DNA from: Rhizodiscina lignyota
Taxonomy: Eukaryota
Assembly (NCBI GenBank): GCA_010015805.1
Contig: ML978146.1
Location: forward strand, 1-64,000
DNA: 64,000 bases
Direction of reading: 5' to 3'
The position numbers and the translations under genes were made by a program. Below, piece by piece: positions 23,063 through 34,570 of this stretch. Positions within the stretch are counted from its first letter, which is position 1; the number at the start of each line of letters is the position of its first letter. The notes under the pieces are model-generated. The model was not told the DNA's origin, made no database searches, and was given only the letters and a program-made list of their open reading frames with translations.

Positions 23063-24450
23063 ATGGTTGCCGAAGGAGCTTGGTTATGCGGCGATAGTCC
23101 CTTTCAGGCAGCCGCCTCACGAGAGCGCGTCAGCCTTGTCCGAACATCTCTCGCGACGAGAAAAGGAAAGGACAGGAAAGCCATAAGGAGATTGACCATA
23201 CTCGAGGGCTTATCCAACCACTTCATATTGATGATTGGAGGCCATTTTAGTATCGATCCCACATTCTTCATGCGGCAGGAGCGATGTATTGTGTTCACGG
23301 CCGACTCCGACAGAGTCGGTGATGATCTGCCGCTTCCTACATACGACTTTAGACGCTTCTTCTTCATTCATGCTATAGTACTATAAGCCGCTGAATTTTG
23401 GAAATGACAATATTCGCGAACTTGGTCTTAATTGCAGGGCCTGATTAAAATTCACTGGCTCCGTAAATACATCGGAGATCGTGACGGCAGAAATGGGGAA
23501 CAAAAGCTGGACGCACTCTCAATTGCAACACGACTAAACACAATCGTTGACCGAACCACAGATGGTTACAAGGCCACTCTTCTGCATGATATAGTTTACG
23601 GGATTCTCGGGCTGGGTTGTCTATCTGCAACCAACCTTCCACCTGCTCTTACCCTAGACTACAAGCTGCCATTCACTGAGGTTTTCAGACGATACTGTCG
23701 ATTCATCTTTGAAGATTCGACAATCCTGGGTCAACTCGCCAGAGACCTGACTGGTGCTCCGAGCTGGGTCCCCGACTCTCGCTACCACAGGAACCACGGT
23801 CTGGAGCCCCAAACATCTTGTCGTGTCAACTTCTCGACCGATGGACAGGAGATGCACGTTCAAGGTGTAGCGTGCAGGGAAATTGTCTGGATGCACAAGA
23901 GGATTGGAAAGACGAATAACTTTCCGTTAACTAAACTGCTACTCAGCCACGAAGCAATTATCTCGACTTCAAGCCACATCCGTAGCCGGCCTTTCAAAGA
24001 TGTTCTGACTGAGTGGCTGTCGAGCTTCTGTGGTGAGGCTGCTGAAAACTCTTGTCGACATAAATCTCATGAAAATCCTGTACAATATACTAATCAAACA
24101 GCCCCGATTTGCAGTCGACGACATTGAGAGTTCTTGGAATGGAGTTGAGCTACCAAGAAGTTCATTTGCCATGGTACAGGCTGAATTGCTGGTATATTCA
24201 AGATGTTATACGAAAATCGTCTCGGAAGACGGAACAATCGCACAGATCGAGCGAACTGAGGATGTGGAGGTCGATGACCTTTTATGCGTCTTAAAAGGCT
24301 CCCATGATGCGTCGTTACTACGGTGATCCGATCATGGGTGCGGCTATCTCTTCGTCAGTAGCGCCAAGATTCAAGCGAGACTCAGCGAAGATGAATTTGG
24401 AGACGCATTTTTCAATGATCATTTTTTGGTCTCCTTTCCAAATTGTATGA
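23063..24450 (+). pseudogene. Gene relics: a short CorA-like fragment followed by the C-terminal half of a HET-6-like heterokaryon incompatibility protein
   Basis: ILEGLSNHFILMIGGHFSIDPTFFMRQER; then ATLLHDIVYGILGL, LDYKLP, APSWVPD, DLLCVLKGSHDASLLR*. Frameshift near 24050, stop at 24324, no HET domain seen. Confidence 0.6.
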
Positions 24451-24871
24451 AGGTGGAGACAGTCAGGCCCCTGTTTGGCAACGGAATTGAATTCAGAATT
24501 GAATCTACTGATTGGGCTTAGCGCAATCTGAAGACACGGAGTTGCCGTTGAAGGTTACGGCGTGATTCCTCTGTTTCTTTTGAATTCCCAATTTACATAG
24601 ACTTTGCTCGGGAACGGGAACATTTCCGCTATGTAGCGGAACTTGAGAATTTAATAAAGGTCCCTTCCGTATGATAGGTCATTGTTGATCTGGACGGAAG
24701 CCACGAAGACGGCAATTGTAACAGCTCCCCTGCCTGCCAGATGATCCACCCACACACCGGTGAGCGCAAGCGGCAGGACAGCAGGGAGAATGCCGCAAAT
24801 ATGCATATCAGATGATTCCGCAGAAAGGGACTGCTCGATCATATTCAAAGTACAGGCCGATATCTGAGAAT

Positions 24872-25901
24872 ATGGCTCAAATCGTCTATTCCAATACTCA
24901 CTTTTTGCGAAGGGACGAACTCTACCACACGGTGAAACCTTATTCACTGCGTTTCACCCCACCTGAAGGCTTCCCGAGAGCCAACATCAAGTTGGAGAAG
25001 CACGAAATCAGTATCCATGACGTTCGCGCACAAAAGAATAACCTCAACTTCAAAAGAGATGGAGCAACAATTCTTGAACTCGCCTCAAAAATGTCATACG
25101 ACGATTTCGACGACGATGAACTGGTCAAAGATATCTTCCTCAGGGAAGTCTCAAATCAACTGAAGCTGTTCCTCGGTGCTCAACATGTGCAGATCTTCGA
25201 GCACACCGCAAGTTTTACTCGCGTACTAAAATAGAATTTTTCCCTGACAAAATTTGATGCTTCAGGTTAGAAAGCAACATGAGACGTTCCCAATCTCGAC
25301 TGGCGAACCGTATCGGTACAATCAGCCCACATCCATTGCGCATGTCGACACAACAGCCAATTGGGCAGTGGCAATGGCTCAGCAATTGAATCCAGAGCGA
25401 GCTGCTGAAATTACGAGGCATCGCATTCAGTGCGTAAAGTACGTTCCAGCTCTACGAACTGTGGGCTCTCTAGAGTACTGAATTCCGCAGTTTGTGGAAA
25501 CCACTAGTCGGCCCAATCAAGGACTGGCCGCTGGCATTGTGTAAATCCGACTCTATCGACGCTGAAACAGATTTCGAACCCTGCGATCTGGTTTACCCTG
25601 ACTACGTTGTAGAGAATCGTCAAGTATATCATCATGACCGTCAGAAGTGGTTCTATCTGAGTGATCAAATGCCGAACGAGGCATGGGTTTTTCTACAGTC
25701 AGATACCAAACTCAATACCAAACCCGGTAAGGTGTCAGGAACAAATATCAACACTGCGAAGTACTAAATCATTGTCAAGTCGCTCATACTGCTTTTCCTC
25801 TACCTGAAGTCACGCCAGGAACAGTGCCTCCGCGGGAAAGCATTGAAGTGAGGGCGCTCGCCTATTACGGAGGCTTTGATGGAATTCTTGAAGGAAAATA
25901 A
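24872..25901 (+). CDS. CmcJ/NvfI/asaB-family non-heme iron oxygenase; introns 25208-25265 (GC-AG), 25439-25490, 25727-25778
   Basis: KPY, IHDVR, FEHT/VRK, AHVD, spliced NLWKPLVGPIKDWPLALC, KWFYLSDQMPNE, AHTAF, RESIEVRA. Confidence 0.88.
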
Positions 25902-27277
25902 GAATGAAATATTCAGTGGACATCTCAACGGGGAGTGAGTTCATAACCCTTCTTGCTTCCTCTGGTATAGTTACTGCTTGAGAAACTTGGTTGGTCGCGA
26001 GCATGCAAAATTCAGCACGATGTGGATCAATTGAAGGGATAGAAAATAAAGGAAGATCAATGCAAAGTGCCAGACACAGGTCAACGAAATGCTGATGATC
26101 TCCGTGTGTAAGAGCGCTCTGTTCATGCAATTTCCCGGTGAACCAAAATCACTCTTGATGCCTTTGGCCTGCAAATTGAAGACACCGCCGCCAGGATCCA
26201 TGTGCAATGCCAATGCCGTATAACGATCGAAAAATCCATCATGGAAATGATCTAAATCACCGCTCGCTGTCGATTATCTTCACTACCGTTGATCGCAGAT
26301 TACTCGCTCTCCTGCTCGACTGTCCAGCCGTCACGCGCGAAGAAGTTTCCCGCGTTGCCATCAAAGACCATAGTCTCGCCTTTCTTGAACCCGAATATCT
26401 GAGCTTGTGGCTGGGACTCTCGCGGCGCAGGCCAGACTGCTCGCCATGGTTGATGTTTGCCGGTTTCGCCTTTTGCCGTCGCGGCGTCACCAGTGGGGAG
26501 AACAAGGCGCTTAGATGCAGATACGGACATTTTGAATGTTCACTTCTACTCTGGATCAGTTCAGTTAGCTCGGATCTAGTCAAAGGGTCTCAAGTGAGTC
26601 GTACAACGAGATCGCTTTCTTCGAGCGTACGCGCTGGGCGCAGTTTCCAGAAACGGGTGAAGTGTCGGTAAACTCGGCGTCTCAAGTTGTCAAATTTCCT
26701 AATTGATGAGGGAATTGAGAGAGACCAGTCAATTCAAAGTTGGGAAGATGAAATGATAAACTCATGATGGAGTGAAGAATTTAAGCTATGGTGGTTGGGA
26801 GTGAAAATACTGGTGCGGTGCGGTGGCGACCCCACCAGTGAGCCCGGCGATGTGCCTCGCACCGAACCGACTATCCTAAGGGTCCACGTGTGCTATCTTA
26901 GCGTTCCTCTGGAACGTAATATATCCATGAGAAGAAATTTCGCGAAATTATCAAGTTCAGTGTGTTAAAGACTTCATCTAGGAACTTTAGACGTAAACTA
27001 GACTTCATGGATATATTGTATACCGAATTGGTCACCTGACGTATATAAATTTTTATTCCTTTTTTTTTTTTCACCTCACGTGATGAGCTGGGCAGTCCAG
27101 GATACTAGATACTTCGATACCAATGGAAGGTTCGTACCGAACCGCTTTCCAACGATCTCTTCCTTTTTAGCCGCGGAATATCTGCCCAACGCCTTTCATC
27201 TTGCAACAAAATTCGGCCTATTAGAATACTACTACAAGCGTACACTTGGCTTATCTCGCCAGAAAGGCCCAACGGTC

Positions 27278-29049
27278 TCACTTCCAAATCTTCAGGCTCG
27301 GAAAACCATGTGCCAGTTCTTGCTCCAATGGCGATACAATGCGCTCATAAACTCTCTGCCGTAGCATATCCCCATTGATACCTGGCTCCTCACATTCAAG
27401 GCAGGCCTGTATGGCCCCCCGATATCCCTCATAAAGATCGCCGTCTGAAGCTTGTAGAAGCCGCAACGCTGTGGTGAGATTCGTGTTTTCATTCGGCTCC
27501 CCATCTGTCAGATCTTCTTCATTCCACCGCTCTTCAATTGGACCCCTAATGTATATTTCAAGCAGCAAAATGCCGAGGGATAACAGTGCCGGATTCGAGT
27601 GCATTCTGAATGGATCATCGACCGCAGCAGTGCCATTCGAATCGACAACAAATTGGACTTTCAAGCACGGTCGACTGAGATCCTCCTCCGCGGAAGGATC
27701 GTTTCTAAAGAAGGTGATATGCTCCTTGCTCCAGTCTTTGCATAACCACGGTCCATCGGAGCAATGCAGTGCCGCATGGGCAAGGATTACGGCAAGTATC
27801 CATTTTTCCTTGAGTTTGAAGTCCCGGTCTGGGTTCTCTAGTAATTCTTTCAATGTAGTATCTCTCTGACTCTGAAGATGCAGGCTTTTCTTCCTTGACT
27901 GGATCTGCCAAAGTTTGCCCCTATCGAACCTGATCTGCAACGTGGAATTTTGCTCATGAGCTTGGCGGATCAGTCGGCAAAGAGATTCAGAATCTATATC
28001 TTTTCCAGGAGCTGGTGGTGTCGAAGCGGTTTCGACAGGTTCTCCATCGATCACGAAACGGACTGTGGGCATTGTTGAGCTCTGCTCAGGCCTATACATC
28101 TTTATGAGTCGACTGTTCTGGTAGCATTTTGCACAGACTTACTGCTCCGGAATCAATATGATACTCTCTTGCCAGGGCGCCCCATCATTCTCTAAATCTG
28201 TCACCGAAACGAGCATTTCGAGGCTATCGTCATTGGATCCTTGACACTGCGGACTGGAACAACAATTCCAGAGACACAACCTTGCCTCATGCTGACCGCA
28301 TTCACATGTCTTTGGCCATTCTCTTGCCATTGTATTAAACAACGGTTCAGAAAGCCGCCGAAGTCTTCTCGATTGTTGCATAATCAGCCCCGGTCGACGT
28401 TTCACATTATGCTCAGGCAACATGGAGCCGCGAAGCAACCGCTCAAGCTTCTTATTAGCATCTTGTATCCTGATCATTGCAACCTTGCGGCTCTTTTCAT
28501 TTCGAGTAAACTGAAACCTTTTTCGTAATGACTGCGTCATTTCTCCGTCATCTATTTGGGCTTTGAAGTGCCGTAATTTTCGACAGAAAGCTTCCGAGGA
28601 TTGCTGGATTTCATTCATTAGGAAGTGCACAATTTCCAAATTTATAGTATCAATTGACGTACTAATTGCAGGTCCGACTCAGTGAGATTGAGTGATCGAT
28701 CGCTCACCAGAGCCTCAAGACTCTTCAACATCCGATCCAAGATATTATGGAACGGCTGAGCGGAGATGCCCAGCACATAATCTATCTCCCGCGTTTCCTC
28801 TTCTGTAAGTGGTGAAAGTGGAGATAATTCAAAACCGAGTGGCCGTGAAGGTAGGTTGCAAAGGACCGCTGCTAACGTATTCCCAAGCAAAGCCAACTCA
28901 TCGTGAAGCTCCCAGAAAAAGTCAAGGTGCGCATTATCTTTTGCCTTTGCCGACGATAAGTTAGTTCCCAGTCGAATTCCTTCCTTGTGGTATTCAATAG
29001 CAGAGACAACGAGTGGCAGGATTGCTAGCATAAGTTCAACCCCCGACAT
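27278..29049 (-). CDS. 553-aa protein: HeLo-like N-terminal helical domain + degenerate kinase-C-lobe-like (DUF7580-type) domain; exons 29049-28663, 28603-28143, 28091-27278
   Basis: Three ORFs splice in frame through canonical GT-AG introns. N-terminus MSGVELMLAILPLVVSAIEYH; CECGQHEARLCL; LAVILAHAALH..GPWLCKDWSKEHITFF, LLSLGILLLEI, YRGAIQACL, VYERIVSPLE. Confidence 0.82.
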
Positions 29050-29397
29050 TTTGACGGAAAGAGATGACGAAGGTCAAAGGAGCAACCTGGGGAAAGCCAG
29101 TTTAAAGTGCCGTAAAATGATTAGCCTGGTCCAATTCACGTGACTTCCGTCTGGTTGCCTGGTTGCCTTCTGCAACGATTATCTGCAGAGCCTCGACTGC
29201 AGGCGTTCTTCAGCCTATTGCCCAAACCCCCACTTCGGTTGACCGGTCTGCGAGAAGAATGCAATTGGCTAAAAGAACCGTGACCCAACATTTGAGAAAA
29301 CGCCTGGTCGTTCAAATCTGGATGCCTCGTTCTGTGATGCGTCAGGCATTCTCAAAACTTCTCTTCAAGCTTGCGATTCAACGCCTCTCGCTGGACG

Positions 29398-32300
29398 ATG
29401 GATCATAAGGCCACTACCATACGACAACAAGCAGAAGACTGTCTTGTCGAATTCAATTTCCTTCTTAATATCGAAAATGAGACTCAAAGGAAAGACAAGG
29501 CTGAGGACCTCAGGGCGGACAAAGTGAGGACGGAAGAGCAACTGGCTAGATTCAGAATGTGGGCAGGAAACATTGGGGTATTTGCAGATGGCCATGCATC
29601 GCTTGACTATCGGTTAAGAGAGAGTCCTACCGAAACCGAACTTATGGAAGAGTTTCTTCGAACGCTTTGGGAGTTTCTGGAGAGAGGTACTTGCCGTTGT
29701 TAGATCAGAATGAAGCCTTCTGCTAATTAACGTTGGCCAGCCATTGGAGCACTTCAACCATCGCAAACCCGGCCCGGACATTCCTATCATATATCCCAAC
29801 GGGACAGTGACGTATCCAATTCCAGCGACACAGGTCTCCCATCCGATTCATCTGCCATCTCGTCTTTTCAAGGCACCGAATCTGACTCTGTATGCGCTTC
29901 TGTACCGACTTTGCTATCACCGCTTGAGCAAAGACTTCAAGTCATTGAAAGAACGATCGATAGACTCTATCGACTTTCACTCATTATTCGTCAGCCGTCA
30001 ATTACGAATCAAAATGTCAAGGCTGAGAGATTCCCGATTGAGGATGACGAGGGAAATAACATTGACAAAGAATTCGCGAAATACGCACACGAAATTGTGA
30101 AAAAGAGATTTCCCGACGCATCTGAAGCACTGACGAACAAACTGGCGCGAGGAATTGTGATACGTAGAAAGCGATTTCTCTACCGACAGAACCACCAAAG
30201 AAAATTGAGCACCCAAACAGTAGTGACAGTGGATGGAAATGAAGCTGCGGAGAACGGCAGAGGATCTGACGTCGACGTGGCAACCACAGTCCGAGGAGTT
30301 CGCGTTCTGGCCGATGTCACTCCGCAAGATGGAATTGACAAGAAACATCGATACACAACGGGAAACTTACCCTCACATACTTCAGCTTCAGCAATGATGA
30401 AGGCTGCGATCTATATCGAGAAGATAGATACAGCGGACGAATCAAAGCAATCAACAATATTTTCGCACACTCTTACCAATAGCGACCCTGTACCAGTTCC
30501 TGATCCTCCAAAACCGCCACCTGGAAGCAAAGAGTTCGAATGCCCCTTCTGTTGCATCGTCCTGCCTATTAGCCAATTGAAAGCATCAAACTGGAGGTAA
30601 GTTTCAGCTGCGCTGTGATCTACTCGATACAAACATCTTACATCAGTTCAGGCGACATGTTTTAGAAGACCTCGAACCTTACAATTGCGTATTCGAGCAA
30701 TGCGAGGACAATAAACTCTTCTTCAGAGACAAAAATTCCTGGATTTCTCACATGCGAAATACACACACGATCCAGTGGACCTGTTCTTCCGGATCACACG
30801 AGCGATGCTCATTTCGAACCGAGAAGGATTACGATGAACACATGCGGACGGTACATACAGGATCATTCTCGACAGCTCAGTTGCCTGTATTGAGGGAACA
30901 CAGCAAAGTTCCCAGCCTTGTCACATTTGAACAATGTCCGCTCTGCGGGTATTCCAAGTCGGAGGAAGAATTGAGAATAGAGGTACACAATCGAGGAACC
31001 GAAATCCGCCAGGGAGATATTCGCAAAATTGGCTCTGAGCGGATCATCAAACATCTCGCTTTACACCTTGAGGCCCTTGCGGTCAGATCCTTACCGTGGC
31101 TTGATACGGCTGAACATGAGAAAAGCGAGAGAACGGAATCCAAACAAGTAGACGAAGGATCGGCGCAGAGTGAGGAAGGCTCGTACTCAGTTTATGAGAA
31201 ACCAGCTGCTTTGTCATCCCGCGACCCGGATCTCTGGGGTGAAGAGACATTGACATGGTCCGATATCGACGAAGCGGACAACGATCATGGGTCTTACGAA
31301 GATGAGTGGTGTTTCATTACGCTGCAAGAATACTACGGCCATGACAGAGACCCCGTTCTGCAGCCATTGCTTCGCAATCTCTACTTAGAAAGCGCCCCAG
31401 CTCCAGGGATATCAAAAGGCTCTGGTGCCCTCAAGCTTCCATGTTACTCTGTTCCACATGATCAAGACAAGAATTTTTATGCTCGGGACTATGCCCTCGA
31501 AACGATCAAAGAAGCTCTTTGTTCCGGTAAAGCGGAGGTGAAGCCCTCAATGAAGCCCCAGAGCTACCCCCTTTGTTTTGCCGTTCACGGCCCAGGCGGT
31601 ATGGGAAAGACCCAGATTGCAGCACAATTTGTTTCAATTCACCGCACCTGTTTCGACGCTGTGCTCTGGATTAATGCGGAAAATGCGTCCAAGATATCTC
31701 AAGCTTTCAGTGAGTTTGCAGTGGAGCTCGGCCTGATCTCTGAGGGCTCGATTGATGCTAGAGATCAATCATTCACGCGTGACATTGTCAAGAGGTGGTT
31801 AGTTAATCCCCTCAAAGACCTCCGAGGTGGTAGCAAAGAGAAGGCATCTTGGCTGCTTGTGTTTGATGGTGTAGAGCATGGAGAGCTCTTAAATGACTTC
31901 TGGCCATACAACGGACCCGGCTCTATTTTAATTACCAGTCGCAACCCTTATTCCTGGGCCGTGTCTCTCGAGCTAAAGCCGTTCTCAACAGACGAGGCAA
32001 CGGAATATCTCATGAAGATCACGGGATTGGAGAAGGATAACGTCCCGCCTATGGCGACCTCAAGCATGTCAAAGGTCTCAAGTCTGACGCCGCCATTCAA
32101 ATCCGGGTTCAAGCGCACCGTTGTTTCCGACGAAGAAAAAGCATCCGCTGTAACTATTGCCAGACGTCTTGGTGGCCTTCCACTCGCTCTTGCTCAAATG
32201 GGTGCAATTATTGCACATCAGTCGCTCTCTTTCACCGAATTCTTGCGCTCCTACGAAGAACGAGGAGGCCAGCAAGAGTTTTTGGAATGGAATATTGATA

Positions 32301-33937
32301 GAGTTCGCCCTCAGCTATCCAATTACGAACACAATGTTGCCTCAGTCTGGGCATTTGACAGTCTGAGCCTAGGCGCATTCGAGCTACTCAACATTATGTC
32401 AATGTTGGATCCGGACTGGATCCCGGAACGCCTCTTTGACAGGACGGAAGATGATACGAAAGAAACCGTAAATTACAAAGATGCAAGAAATGAGCTATTA
32501 GTGAGATCCTTGGCGACTCGAAACAAGCGGGACAAGGCAATATTCATTCACAGGCTTGTTCAGGATGTCACGAGAACAAGAATGGGTGTTACTGAGCTTC
32601 GCAGGGTGTTCTTTGCCTGCGTCAGGCTCATCTCCAGTAGGTGGCCGTTCGAAGTGTTTACTTGGCGGCACGGTGTCGCGAGATGGGAAGAGTGCGAAGA
32701 GCTTTTTCCTCACATCGAGAGACTAAAGACTCTATTCCCAGAAATCACCCCATCAGTTGACTCATTCGAAGATTATCAATTTGCGCGATTGTTGGTCGAC
32801 GCTGGATGGTAAATATGCCGTCTTGCAACACGCTAACACCGAATGTACTCTGTGACTGACAACTACAGGTACCGGCACGAAAGAGGAGAGTCCGCAGACG
32901 CCGTCCTCTTCAACAATATGGCTCAATCTATTTGCGAATCCATGAAACTACGTATCCTCGAGTACCCAGAATATGTCTCTGATAACGGTTCGACAATGTC
33001 ACAGCTGAACTTTTCGCTCGCCGAAATAAATCATAACAGAGGCTGTATCGCGCTGGAGATCAACGAGCCCATCGATGCATTGAAGTATCACAAGCTGTTT
33101 AACAAAGGGATGATCAAGGAATTGGCTGGCAAATCCCCACATGATGATATGCGGCTAGCCATTTCTTGGAATGAGCTGGGCAATGCCCACATGCTCAATA
33201 AAAACTATCAAATGGGAGAGGAATGCTTTCTCAAGTCGATTGAAGAGATGAAAAGGCTAAAGAACTTCCATCCCATTTTGATATCACTGCCCATCGCGAA
33301 CCTGGGGCTCGCATATTGGCTTCAGCAGAAGTATGAACAGGCTCTCGCCGTGCTTGAAGAGGGGCTCCAAGAACGCAAGGATGTATTCGGATCGGATGAC
33401 CGCGACTCGTTCATGTAAGGTTCCCTCTACTACTTTCTATCCGCTGACCTGAAACTGACTCTGTATACTAGAACTGGTCGATTTCTGCACGCGCTTGGGA
33501 ATGTTAAAGGTAGTCAAGACAACCAAGATAAAGCCTTTGACTATCACCGCCGAGCACTTCAACAGTACAAATCAACATTGGGAAATCGTCATCACCGGAC
33601 AGCAGATGTATTTGTCAAGGTTGCAGAGCACCATATTCGCCTCAAACAGCATGAGATGGCACTTGCGTTACTTGACCATGCCCTTGGAGCATATTCAAGC
33701 GCCCCTCATTTCATGCCGGAGAAAGTTCGAGCCTCGTTCAAGAGGTCTCAGGCTTTGCGCTGCCTGCAAAGGACAGACGAGGCAAATTCGGAGCTATCGA
33801 AATGCTTCAAACTGTACGGTATGCTCTTCACTGACCTTGTTCGCAACAAACGCGGCAGAGACGAAAATCGTAAAGTAAAGGAGACTGACCTGAGTGATGC
33901 CGACGTGGATGAGCTGATAACCTTTTGGTCGAAGTAA
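29398..33937 (+). CDS. 1437-aa fungal NLR: helical N-terminal domain + C2H2 zinc fingers + NB-ARC + TPRs; introns 29687-29740, 30597-30651, 32809-32868, 33415-33471
   Basis: RFRMWAGNIG..SLDYRLR; FECPFC..WRRHVLEDLEPYNCVFEQC..WISHMRNTH; Walker A GPGGMGKT, Walker B WLLVFDG, ILITSR, GGLPLAL, IHRLVQD; TPR-like repeats (WNELGNAH, ANLGLAYW, LHALGNV). All exons join in frame. Confidence 0.9.
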
Positions 33938-34570
33938 GCTTTAATGTTCGCTGGGGAGTTCTTGAAGTCATTGTAAGAGAGTAATGGTGTGATGCCAGAA
34001 CGGTACAATCTGATTACAGCCGCTTCCTTGTATCTCTCCTCTTGCGTTTTAGAGCACATAAATTCCATCGCACTTAACGTGGTTGCTTCATTGAGGAAAG
34101 TGTATATGTAAACCACACCCGTGGCAAAATAGTTGAGTCCGATTAATTAAACGGCTGTAGTCGGAATGAGTTTTCTTCTTCAACATAGGCGAGAGTATTC
34201 CTGAAGGCTTATTAAAGATACACTATTATTCAGCATACGTGCCTTTAGTGAGTGTAAACTGTACGAACTAACGAGAATATGGATCTTCGAGATTCGATAT
34301 GTTGCACTCACGACTCAATTGTTTTGTCATTCACGGGCAACTTGGTAACGTAGGATTTTTGCAAAGACGGAATACGATATTCCAACTGCACACCCTGTAT
34401 CTGTAAAGAGCCTCGCAAAACACGAGCACTGATATGGAGAGCTTCAAGCCGTCCACGTGTTCATAATCGCATACTTGCCATCCTTGATCAACCATTCGGT
34501 CTGTAAGTACCTCATCATCACCTGGATATAGACCGTCGCCATCCGAGTATTGCTCTTCCTCGTCTGCCGT

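Noticed and set aside
24466..24495. GGCCCCTGTTTGG resembling a PIF/Harbinger TIR
   Set aside because: No matching inverse copy found in the window.
25970..26700. Short minus-strand ORFs (26530-26300, 26213-25971) as a gene
   Set aside because: I could not join them in frame or recognise a family; possibly a relic.
10900..34200. Intact Starship element
   Set aside because: No DUF3435 tyrosine-recombinase captain is recognisable at either end; kept only as a possible relic.
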